Assembly: GCA_002633005.1 (NCBI GenBank)
Contig: NMRA01000062.1
Span: forward strand, 977,981-1,041,980
Origin: Phoronis australis
Taxonomy: Eukaryota > Animalia > Phoronida
DNA: 64,000 nucleotides
Reading direction: 5' to 3'
In this document: positions 1 through 12,800 of the stretch, in pieces
Position numbering within the stretch: the first letter of the stretch is position 1
How the letters are laid out: the number at the start of each line of letters is the position of its first letter
Made by a program: the position numbers and the translations under genes
The notes under the pieces: model-generated
Told to the model about the DNA's origin: nothing
Databases searched by the model: none
What the model saw: only the letters and a program-made list of their open reading frames with translations

Positions 1-684
1 GCTAGCAAAAGTGAACCTAATTGGCGTCGTGTGACCTTATTGCGAAAGTCGTGAAAAGGCGTTGAAAGCTTTAATAACGTTCAGTTGATGACTTTCTGAT
101 AACTACTTTGTTTCAAAATTCTGTAGTTTCCAATGAAAACATGATATCACTGAACTTCGAAAATTGATGCGCCGACAACTTTTATTTTCGCAGTGGAAAA
201 CAACACTCTAGCGGAGGAGATGTTGCAATCTCACAGTTCACCAAATCAAATTAATTATTTTGACAAGGATTCTGCCACAAAACTAAAAACCAAAGTCCAA
301 TTAAATTTCACATAATTAATTCGTAAATGCATGTATCTTCTTGAAACCAAATAATACTAGGAACAATTTAAGGAGCTCCGTAGAGAATCAGGTCATTTGA
401 CATGGTGAGAAAAGGCTTGGGTCACTTTATTTCATTATGTATGATGAAAGACCTCATATGATGCAGCTTCTGACAAAACTATAAAAGTGTATTAGATGCA
501 TAACGCCAGAGAAGTGAAATACTGTGGTTTTAATCACCAGTACAAAATTGTCATATGTTGACATCAAGATCGGGTTCTGATGAGGAAACTTGGATTATCG
601 CCTCTGTGTACATAATAAAACATAAGTGTTGTCTAGTATTTATTCTAAGGTACAACGTTTAGTTGGATGTATCGACTCTTTCAG

Positions 685-804
685 ACATAGACGACTGTGC
701 GTCGACTGCACCACTCTGTATCAACGGCGGTGAATGCAAAGACCTTGTGCTTGGTTACAAATGCCAGTGTCAACGAGGATTCACGGGAACTAATTGTGAA
801 CTAT
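685..804 (+). CDS. Unit A exon 1: Ca-binding EGF
   Basis: tttcag|AC..CTAT|gtatgt; [39 protein letters not shown]; 120 nt, phase 1-1. Confidence 0.9.
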
Positions 805-3800
805 GTATGTAGATGACTACTAAGGGAAATTAACGCCGACTTATTAGTTAAATCTTAGAAACAACACAGTTTCGCGAAGATCTTTCCCAATTGTTAAAAT
901 TCACAATTCCTTACTCTGTACCAAATGGGTAAGCTTGGGTGAAGCTTGTAGCACGTCAAAGTACATCATCACCTAATTTTTATAGTTCTGCTTATCTGTA
1001 ACGCTGTATTTTTTCTTTCTTATTCTGTGGTGGCTCCGTGGTCAGCGGACCTCTCGGGTCCTTCACGGAGTCTCCATAAGCGTAAATCTGTATCAACTGT
1101 ATTTTTTGGTTTTTGACTTAAATTGAATAAAGTGTATTACTACTACTACTACTACTAATGGCTTAATGTGGGGAAAGGAAGTGCCTCTCGAACAACCAAA
1201 TTATTTCTGCATCGGATGTGCTTACAAGCAGCTCTGTCTCTTTCCAGTTGTGGGACCTCTTGCAAACCTGTATCCCGTGAACACTTTGTCAGAAGTCGTC
1301 CTTACCAAAAATAAATGGTTGAAACTTCCTAACTTGAAATTCGTTGGTGGTTTCAATATGTTTAACACTATCCACCAAAAAATCTGGGTAAGTAATGTGT
1401 CATGAAACGTCATAATAAAGTAAATTCTGTATAAATTTGAGTGCACATTAGCTTGCTTTAAAAGATGACGAATTAAATTAACGTGTAATTGATTTATCAT
1501 AACTTGCAACTACACTTGACTTAACGCGTTATATATTTTGACTTTTATTCTGCATTTTTTTCAGTTAAATCACAACGGTGTAATTGGTCTGGGCAACAAG
1601 GTCGGTGGCACTAAACCTTGGAAACTCCTCCAGATCAGGAAAATATACCTGGCTCCCTTTTGGAGAAAACAGAGAATCGATTCCTTGGCGTCGATGTCTT
1701 ATCTGGAAATAGTCCGAAATTCCGAAAACTCTGCCTACGAGAAGGAAATTCTGGAAACTTGTACTGCTGACGTTAAGAACAATTTTCAGACGAAAAACTT
1801 CGAAGCTCAGTGGGTGTTATTGGTTACCTGGAAATATATGAAAGAACGTCCTTGTGGTATTCTATGCCAGGTACTTTTGCCAATCAGATTCTGCTGAATG
1901 TTACATTTAAAACACCAACTTCCAGTGCTTCCCTCAACACTGAATTCCTTTGCGCCACATGCTCTAGGGCCTCTCGACAACATTTCACTCAGTAGTTTTA
2001 AAGTCGCAAATACTCAGAATGATTAATTTCTGACCTTTTGTATAAAAATTATCAACAACGCTTGCTCGAGCAACTAAACTCAAAACGTTCCCTGAGTTAT
2101 TCTCAGTTTCACCCATAAGTTCTCGGGAACACGGGATCATCCGTAATTATCGACTAAATTGGGGAAAACTAATCGAACATTCCAAGATTTTTTTTAAATT
2201 GCAATCGCTTTACTTGCATTTAAGTCCTTTTACAGAGTCCATGTCCTGCAGTTTTTGTTCCAAAAGTCATCAGACGCCGATGCTGATTTTACCACCTTTA
2301 CTGGCAAATTACAAATTCGTTTACTAGGCTTTAGAGGTCGCTAGGTTTCAAAATGCGTGTGTGCTCGCTATGACATGGGCGGCGCCGCACTTAAAAAAGT
2401 GGGCGGGCTATAGCCTCCCAGCCCCCTTGTTGTGCACAACCCATAGATCATTGATGGCGCAGCACTGAAAAAAGTGGTAGCTATTGTTCCCCAGCCCCCT
2501 ATGGTGCGCCGCCCATGTATTAACCTCCTTACCATTGTTTTGGACTGCCATTGGAGCTGCTGGGGCAGGTTATTTTATGAAAATGCCAGTTTCGGGAAGA
2601 GTTTATCTGTTACACGTTTCAGGAAGCTATTTAAATGTACTCGTGTTGCACTTAAAGCTGTATATGACCCCGATTAACTGTTAATCTTTAATTTTTAATC
2701 GAAACGCTTCGGGTTTAAAACATAGCCACGCAACGTTGGCCTTGAATAATTATCCAATTAATCGAATACAAGTTAAAAATAATGAGTACATGTGCCATTT
2801 TCTATTGGGAATTTTAGCATTAATGGGCTCCCCAATAAACTCGGGAACATTTTCTTGAGTTATTCATAATTTCTGTAATAATGTTTGTAACTCAAATAAA
2901 ATCCTATCAAGTTAACGAATATCTCAAGCCGAGTGTTATGAGAATAAAAGGTCTTATTCTATATTTGCCTTCAAAATGTAGTTTTACTTGAAAGTGGCAA
3001 CAAACAAGTCCTGTGTCGGTCAACCTCATAAAACATTGTTAGGCGTTTCAATTTAAAACCTGGCAAGTTCATTTATATGCATGCGAGATGTTGCTATCCT
3101 TTTTGTTGTTAGACTAATTTACCATTCATGCCTGTAAATATGTCGGTCCAAACGGGACCATGTATACAGCTCGTTTAAGATTTCAATCACTATTTACCTA
3201 TTTTTCTATGACTAGCTCGAGCTGGTAAATTGCTTCATATCTAAAGTAATCGCACAAAGTAAGAACTGTATTTGTAAACAGATAAAATTGATTGACCGTC
3301 AGTTATGTTGTCGGTGAATGGTTGACGTTTTGTATTATTCATGTTTTTGTTTCACTTTCTCGGTGTTTCGCGATTAAATTGATCTTTATTTTTTTCTCAC
3401 AGCGGTACACCTACCAAGCAGTCTTAGTGACGGATGGACAAAGGTCTTTCGTGGTGTTCAACTACGATGAAATCATCCGACGGGACGGACGAGGAAAAGT
3501 TTACGCGGGGTATAGGGACTATAAATCTGGCGAAACCTTGAAGGCACCTCCGTATTCCGGGACTCATTTTATGTATGGCATCAGTAGTAAGGCAGGCAAC
3601 TTGAAAACTAGCTCGGGTAAAAGTAAGTATTTGTCGTACAACTGTAGCTGTGGCCACCGCGTTGCGAACAGCTTTTACATCAACTGACGCACAGCTACAT
3701 GTTTGTCTGTCATAGTCTATGACTGACGATTCTCAACTTTTAACAGTCGTCTGCGTCGCGCGGAAAAATAAGCACCACTTGCGCTTCCACGCCATGAGAA

Positions 3801-6800
3801 AATACTGAAGACTATTTCTGGGACTTCTCTTTCCAAATACATGTAAACGAAAAATGTTATAACCACAAAGTGACTTTTGTTGTAAAATATGCTGTTGATT
3901 CAGTCACAATTCACTGTCAGCAAAATCAGATTGCCCAAGTTACATTTTTGATTGTATACAATTAGTTTTAAAACACCCTCTTCTAACGGGGCAAAGGGCA
4001 AATCTCACAAAAAATATTGCATCCATTGAGACATTTGGGTTTCTCATGTCACATTTCTTTATTATTGCCATGTAACAATCCGAAGATCGAGTGGTACATT
4101 ACACCACTCATTACAATTATAATTGTTTATAAAAAGTATAACTGCAATATGGGATTTCCATACCAACTGCTATAATTGTAAAATGCTCGATAACGTTCAG
4201 TTGTTCTGATTTAAGCGAGTATGATGGCTGACTTGTGCTGTATCGTTACTTTTTGTGAGAATTCATGTCATGAAAATTCTTCAATTGCATTATACATCTG
4301 TCAGTGTTAGGATTTCAAATGAATCTGATACAGCTTGCAAATGTAACCAGGGATTTTCATATTATGACCCATTCTACTGTAATGAAGATTTGAAATTCTA
4401 TAGATCACCTCTGATCATTCTAAGTCCTAAAATTGCACCTGACTATCAAAAAATCCGTAATCAGCTGAGTTTCACTTGCACGCCGTACAATTTTAAGTGG
4501 TAGCTAAACGAACATATTTGTGACATACTGTAGCGGCTACACTCGCCTGATTAATATTTTTTCTTAACGTTTCAGTGTCCCTTGAGGGAAATCATTGATT
4601 GAAATAGTAGAAGTTTGAGTATCCAAATTATTTCATTATGTTTGCCTACATTTGTCTCGGCTGTTAAGTCATGATGTTAACCATTGCTTCTTGTGATTTG
4701 AGTTAGAATTGTAGAGCAATAAAACATTTTCTTAAATCCCAAATATCAGCAGCACCGCCGGTGGCTGCACTGGCTAAAAACAATTTGTGCTTACCATAAT
4801 AGCATTTAAAAGGTTATGCATAGTAATTCATGATATAACACAATGAACGTTTTGGAAACAGCTTAATGATATTCAAATAACATTAAGAAGTCAACGATGG
4901 TGTCATCTAAAAAGGCTTAAATAACCTTAAGGCTGGTCAACGCTGTACTAATCAGTATAAACGAATACCTAAGTTAATTGCTCTGTGGTCAGTCTAAATC
5001 CTTATATAAATAGCCCCATGGCAGACCAGTATAATCTGGGAAAATGAAAAATTTGGCGTGATTTTCTAATTAACTCGTCAGTCTTACCGATACATTTTCA
5101 TCGTTTAATGTGGTCTTTATTTGTGATATATTTGACTGTATTAGTGTAAGCGAGGAAAGCATGTGACACTTCCATTTTCAGCTGCCAATGGTAAATGGAT
5201 ACACCGTCTAGACAAAACCCCCGATGACTTGGAAAGTGATAGAAGTAGATGCTTGAGCTGGGCAGCCAATACAAACCGGGCAGATATCTCTTCATTGATT
5301 AGTTGCCCTCGTAATCTGCGGGGTGTATCATGGACTCTATTTAGGCGTATCAATGATGAAGACAACGCCAATGATTGTTATTATTATAGGTTCAGTGTGG
5401 ACCGCAAATATGGATTTGTAAGTATTTCTTGAACAGCTGTGAATTAATTCATTCAAACAAATTACAGCCCATTTTCTATGAGGATAATCAGCTTTTGTCA
5501 TACAAAATGGCAACGGTCGGAAAGAAGGAATTTTGAATTGAAAAACCGACTATCAGATGGTGAGACCGGGAGTGTAGCATTGCGTCCCGGGTCATATACG
5601 TCTGGGTCCTATACGTCCCGGATTCTTTGTGTACCGGTTCTACGTGTCCCAAATTATGGATTTCGGATTCTACGTTTCTCGGGTTCTATATTTCTAGGTT
5701 CTATGTGTCTCGGGTTCTATTTGTCCGGTCTTTTGCGTAATTGACCAGGCGTTAAGCGGGCGGCTCTGCAAGTTTTAGCTATAGTCGCTATTTTAATTAT
5801 ACATAACAACTTGGAGGTGCTTTTTGATCCTTACATGTATCAAAAATTGATCTCATTAACCAGAATTTGCATGTGTAATTAGGTAAAAATTTGGCCTTAT
5901 AGCATAAATTACATGAACATTACACGCAGCCAGATAGGCAAGTTTGGTGGGGGCAGGGGCCCCATTTGCTGGCGCAAGCAAAATGAAAGAGCAACAGCGT
6001 AAAGCATGAGATAATATTGAGTTCAGTAAGCAGGACCAGAGGCGAATGAGGGGGTCTCAAAGTCCTCTGATACATTTTCCGAACAGAATGTCCACATTCC
6101 CGGCCCCCACAACTTTCGGGCCGCCTGTGCACTTACAATCGCGCTTCGCCCATTTCCCCGAGGCAACATGTTGGGCCCCCCTAATGGTATCCTAGATCCG
6201 CCACTGAGCCATATCTCTGGAACCACCTACGACGTTATGCACGGGGGGACAATCACAACTACCACACCGGGATATCCGAAACCTAATACAAATAGAACCC
6301 CGTCAGATGCGTAGATAATTGGACATACAAAACTCGGTACACATGAAACGCAAGGCTATGTGATGAATGTGATGGATGAGGACACGATGTGGATGGCGGA
6401 TCTTCATTTCACATTTAAATGTCTAAATTGTTTCCGAATGTCTCATCACAGTAAATTTCTAGTAAACTGCACGCGCATCTCCAGTGCGGTGTGACGTGTC
6501 CGTTTATTGTGCATTTAGTCGTGAGTTTTGTGAGACTAAATTAGAAACATTCACGTCCACACGTTTTTTTAAACCGCCGTTTATTTTCTTTTGTTTTCAG
6601 TCCTGTTGCTATGATTCAAGTAACGCTTTAATTACCAGTCCCCCTGCTGCTGGATTTGTGTCTCGTTACCACAAATATAAATGGAGCAGTAGAAACAACT
6701 ACAAGAAGTATGACCTTAGACCGTATAGATGGTGCTGCGGTGGGAATAATGTTGAAACATGCAAACTCTTTCACCGAAAGCGTCCAATCATGAGAGGAAC

Positions 6801-9800
6801 GCGTCGCCGACGCCGTGCACTAGGTATTACAAAGCCCGTGACCTGCCAAGCAATTCATTAGTTAAAATTTGCTTTCTCGTTAAATTAAATATAATAATTT
6901 CACTTCAGTGGTTAGGGGCAATGTCGTAAGTATGTAATTGTACTCATCTGATGGATTCTTCTTTCCTGTTTCGAAAATTAGCCGGGGGAAACTCTTAAGT
7001 ATTTATCTCGAGTGCTTTGCAATTTTCCTGTTGATGTTGACACTGGGAAAACGTCCTAATCATCTGAAAGAAATCTGCGCCGCCCTGTTAAGAAGACAGT
7101 GTAGAATCCAAATTGATACGAGGTGCACTGGGAATATTATCCAAAGTAACAGGAAATTGTTCCGTCTCACCACTCATGCGTGCTGACATACGTACACTGT
7201 TTGTATTACTTCTAGACTAGATGCTTCTGTAAAATTTGTGAATTTGGTTTCCGTTCAGGAACACGACGTAGTTACAGTGAAGCAATAGCATAATTACGAC
7301 CAAATAGAGCTGTGGCTTCCTTTAAGTTGTACCATGAAACTTTCCAGGTTTCGGTCGCGGAGATCCTCATGTCTGCACGTTGGATGGTTCGTGCTACACC
7401 TTCAACGGTTTAGGCCAGTATGATCTGGTCATTGATACCACCTCCTCTGGGTTCAGCCTGCAGGGTCGCACTTCGATTGCAGGCACCTCGAGAGCTACTA
7501 TATTCAAAGCGTTTGCAGCCAAAGATGCGGATTCAAATTCTGTGCACATTGAGCTGTCACCGGATAGTCTAGGTAGGTTTTTACTGAAATATCCAGCGAC
7601 ATACTCTTTGGAAATATTACTTCCCCTGCTGTTAAGTTAACAGACTACCAAGCAGGATTTCTGTTTGCCCATTTCAGGTGTAGACCTTTATGTCAACAGT
7701 CAGAAGCAAGATGGAGAGTTTGAAAACAAAGAGTTCACGAATGTAGTTGTTACCAAGTCAAGTACCTCTGCTGTTGCCGCTTTCGAGTCTGGTAAGAATT
7801 ACTTGTAGAATCTCATAGTGTTCATGTATCCTTTCTTCCATTCATTAAGTTGCCCAACTGGTTGATAGGAAGGTCGGTGTGATTCTATTACCGAGAAAGT
7901 AAACTCATTGTTAATTTTTCTTTATTTTGAAGCCATTTTGTGGTCTAGTGGGATAAGTGTCGGCTTCTTTTACTCAAGGTCGTTGGTTCGCGTCCCACTT
8001 CGGCACATTGTTAGACCTTTGAGTAAGGTCTCCAGCTCATTAGCGCGGTTTTAAATATACCTTAATAAAGCATTAAAAACTGTTCCTGGTGATCATTGCA
8101 ATGGGTCCACCTGAACAGTCTACGCGCGCCTCTCATTCAACGTGCACCAGACCGTCCGCCATCAGCTTTTTACACTGTCTGTACTTTCAGGTTTCGTTAT
8201 CACAGTCACGGTCAGTACTGGCTTGCTGGATTTTACTTTGGAATCGCCAGGCTCCGTGGAAAACAAAACCAGTGGTTTACTGGGCATACGGAACAGTGAC
8301 ACAAGTGATGATTTCTCGTACCGCAATGGAACGTTCATCAGCCCTAACTCAACAGATCGTGAAAAGTTCTCCATGGGACAATCATGTAAGTCTTGGGTTT
8401 ACGAAAGAATGCCACTTTCACCGCCACAGTAAATGCACTATAAAATTTTTATTGAGACAAGGTTAAAGCTTCAGACCGATGCACAGGTCACGTTATTGTT
8501 CTTTGGGTTCATACTTACAGACAGGTTATGTCGGAGACAGATTTGCGCTTTGACTCAATTGATGTCCTCACCTGAATATATAATTGTATTATATGGTTGC
8601 ATTTAAGTTCGTAAAATTTTTCAAACATGTTCCTCTTGTAATAAGGAATGTAAGAGATAATTTTCAGATGGGTCCAACTGCAGCAGTTCCTGTTATTTTT
8701 GTTTTCCTCGGTATTTCTGGTGTTTTGATCACATTTGGCAAATAATAATTCATCAAAGGGACGATGACACCTTTTCGCTTTTGGATGGACTCGCCATCTC
8801 ATAGCCATTTCAAAATGCTCCGCTCCCTTTGAGGTACTTGCATTTCTATTTACCAAGCCACTTAAAGTAACATTATGGGAGTTGAAACATGCGCTCCTAC
8901 TGGGAAGAGCACGCGGAAACGCGTTTCCCACAGATCTGATTACTGCGCTGCCTCCTAGAGGGAAATCTTTTTTTTGGCTCAATATCTAGCAAATTATTTG
9001 AAGGTGATCCTGGCATTTGATATACTTTTCTTTTGATTTAAACACAACTGACAGGAATTTCGAGTTAGGTCTAACTGCAAATTCATTTGACGACAATTTC
9101 TGGTTTTATTTGCGAAAGGGTTTCTCTTGGTATCTACGATTGTCCTTGACGGTTGCTCACGAATTTCGGCAAATGAGTTAGTATCACAGTGACGACAGTC
9201 CCTCGTTCTTTTAGGCATACGTAACTCCCTCTATTTGTCATACTAGTATTGTTTGTATCATTGGAGTTCAACTCCGTGTCCTTCAAAGTGTATGAAGAAT
9301 CGTGATGAAAGCTGCCACGTGCTGTACTATTGATGAGATCGTTAGCAACTTTCTTTGCATTCCCTTGAGGCTATTTCAGGTTTACTGCCATTGCTCCCAT
9401 TATTGAGAATGTTTAAAATAATGGTCACCTTTGTATCTGCGCTGGGTACATATAGAACGATCTGTATTCTTCTTATTAGTTTTGCCGTATTTTATATTTA
9501 TAGTGTTGTTTTCGGAGCCTCAGCATTTAGGACCGTAGTCCTCTAAAGAACCATTCTGGCAGTGTGCCTGTCAACAATTCCAGTCATCGCATATGAAAAA
9601 TTCTTCATTTGTTTTTTGAGCGATTTCGATTGATTTCTGATTTACTTGTGACAGCTCTTTTATTGACTCTATATAATGTTACGTTTTGAACCAGCTTCAT
9701 CGACATCGTCTGCCGACATCCTCTGCCGACATCGTCTGCCGACATCGTCTGCCGACATCGTCTGCCGACATCGTCTGCTGACATCGTCATTATTATCCTC

Positions 9801-12800
9801 ATCGTCATCATCATCGTCATCGCCTGTTCATAGTCAACGTTATCTTCATCGTATCTTATCATTTATTTTCACCAAATGTGGCTCTCTAGGGGGCTTACAT
9901 TATTTGTTTTATAATTCAATAAACGGTTATTTACTCAGGGATGGTCATTGGTGGAGGAAACTTCATGTACAAGTCAGGAGAATCGCCCCAAACGTTCAAT
10001 AACGCCAGCTTTGTACCATATTTCCTTGACAAACTTAACATCACTGACGAAATGAGGACTGCATGCGGCTCAAATGTCGAATGTCTTTTTGATTACGCCG
10101 CCACAGGTGATAGAAATATTTCACTATCTACCAAAGACACTGTAGAAGAAAACCAGAAGGAATTGGAGGAAATGGGTAGGTATAGTCAAGTATATTAACT
10201 GTGTTTTGAGTGTCCATTGTGTAATGCAGAGATATATTGAGTATAAGGCATTCATCATTGTCTTCACTGATATTGTTTGAAAATGTTCCGTAGCACCACA
10301 TTCATGTGAAGTACAGAGAAGTTGGTTTGTGGTCTTGTCATAACAGTATCATGAGTGAGCAGCGAGGGTTGAAGAAAATCACCAAAATGTAATCCTAGAC
10401 CTTCAGTCGAAAACTGATAGCTGTCACAAATAAGCACTTGTGTTGACGTGAACATTTTGAAGTCAATGTAAGTCGGTTTCCTCTGTGCTGAGTTAATTTT
10501 CGATTTGTCTCCGTGTACAAAGTTACAGTGAATTCAGATTGCTTATCTCCATCTAGCCCAAGAACCCCCTACTTTATCTGGGACAACGTACCTTGCTGCT
10601 ACTGTTGGTTCGACCATCAACTTTAATCTATCTGCCTCCGACGTCAACGGCGACAACGTCACCATAAGCGCTACAGGTCTTCCCAGTGATTTGAGCTTTG
10701 ACCCGATAACCAACACAAGCAGTGTGGATGTTATTATTTCCTGGACTCCATCAATATGGGCAAATTCCAAGCTTACGTACGTAAATAAGTAACTTGCTTT
10801 CAGCATTCTACATTCCTTTGTCTTTAATGTTTAGAATATTTTACCATTTAAAAGCTTAAATTTCTCAAACAAACGATTTTGGCTATTCTCGAGTCAGACT
10901 AAGCGTCGACACATATGTGACATGACTAGATGTAGCAATGCAAGAATATCAGTTGCACTTTACTACATAAAAATGCGCCCATCTATTCAGCTCTATCAAG
11001 TAAAAACATTTTATAATGTGGTAGATATATACATTAAAACATTACCCCCATGCAGGTGTGTTTACATTGTCTAATTTTACCTTGTCTCGACATATGTCAA
11101 TTTTTAACTTGTACCTGTTTAGGTACCTATATGTTGACCCAACAATGTAGTTTACTGTGTAATATGCGGTTAGGAATCTAACAAATTAACTTTGATGCAC
11201 CTTTTTCAACCTTGAGTATTATTTTATAATTCAAGATGGCGACATCTGGCCGCTTTAAATTTGCCAACTGTTTTTTTTTCTCTACACAAGGGCACTAACC
11301 ATCTCCAGGTAACACTCAGCTTTTCTTAGCCCTGTTCCAATAGACGCAGAGTAGCTGTGGCGAGCTTGTATGCCCACTGGCAACTGGTCCTTGCTGGGGT
11401 CTCCATTAGACGGTGAACTGATGAGCATTTCCACGCCAGATGCCTTCATTTGTTTGTCTTATGAGTGTATTGCTTGAAGTAAATGAAAACTGTCAAAAAG
11501 TCTCTAGTGTGGAGGCGATGGTGTGTTTTTGGACGCATTTCACTTATTCTGGTCCGCCTATTGGGCAATTTTATTTCGGCGTCTGTCTGTTTATCCATTA
11601 TGAAACTTGGCAAACGTGATCCTGATTACACGACCACGGTTGATGGTGACACCCCCTACCGGCGCATTTGTTTCTTTTGCGCCCACGGCTGTTTCTCCAA
11701 ATCATTTCCAAGATGTTTGTGGAAATTGACAAGCGTTTTATTAAGAATGTTACAGTGACTGGCCATGAAATTTGGATACCTCTGGCTACCTCTTAATTTC
11801 TGGTGGGCAGTTTAGCTGTGTCTCTGTATACAAACACGTTTCTTGACAATTTGTCATGAAATTTGGCAAACGAGTATCTGTTATTGAGCCAACAACAGCT
11901 GCCCATTCTGTGATGGATTTGCTGTTTTCTAAACCACCTAACATTTTTATTTTCTCAAGATTTCTTTGTCGCCTGCTGCTGCATCCGCCAAATCGCACAG
12001 AAGTTCAGTCTGAAATTTGGTGGATGCGTTCCTGCTGGCAAGATCAAAGGACATTGATTCTTAGGTAGTTGCAGTTGATGTGGTGTCCCCAAGTGGCATT
12101 TTGCGTCTGTGGCTCTTTCTCTTAAACTCTGTACAGGTTGCTGGTGGAAAATTGGCAAGTGCATTCCTGTTAACTTGACAATAGTTGGATGTATCAGACT
12201 TTCACTTTGCCTCCTATTTGCAATTTCATTGTTCTATGTTTGCCACTGTATTTCTGGTGTGTCTGGAAGAATTCGTTTTTGGCCAACAGATATCTCTATC
12301 GAAATGACGACACTTTTCAATTTTCGGTGAGCTCAATATATTCTGCGTCATCAAATGGCTATTGCAATATTAATGCGCTTACCGTTGGCGATGCGTTGGT
12401 GGGCACAATTCGTGTACTTGTTCAAAGACTCTAACCAAGCAAATGTGTGTTATATTCTTCAGGTTTATAGCCACAGACAGCACTAACCAAACCTCTGCAA
12501 CACATACAATTGCCGTTAGTCTATCTCCTGCTTGTCAGAATGACGCATATCCGGACTTCAAAGCAAGTGATCAAATGGATGTATCTGCAAGTCTGTCAGT
12601 GATTACAACAACGTGTCAATGCCAGACTGGCTGGGAAGGTAATTTTGTCATTTACTTCTTATGCCGCACTGCAGGTATAAACGTGAAGTGCAAAAGTCGC
12701 TTCCCAGTGGCTGAATCTTCAAAACTGCAGTTTCTAGTGTCCTCTATTCTCAAACCCATTAAAAGAACGTCATTAAAATCTGCAAAGGTCGATAAAATAT

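Noticed and set aside
577-590. CTGATGAGGAAAC hammerhead-like core (also at ~34646)
   Set aside because: No stem II between CUGAUGA and GAAA, and no convincing stems I or III.
7932-8005. Possible tRNA gene
   Set aside because: Only A/B-box-like motifs; the cloverleaf stems do not pair and the paralog is decayed. Treated as a SINE remnant.
8515-9218. Minus-strand ORFs (155 aa, 74 aa) and the other short intronic ORFs
   Set aside because: No recognisable motifs, and the frames are not preserved in the paralogous intron.
9701-9790. Regular short repeats as a CRISPR-like array
   Set aside because: Contiguous 13-bp units without spacers, in a eukaryotic intron.
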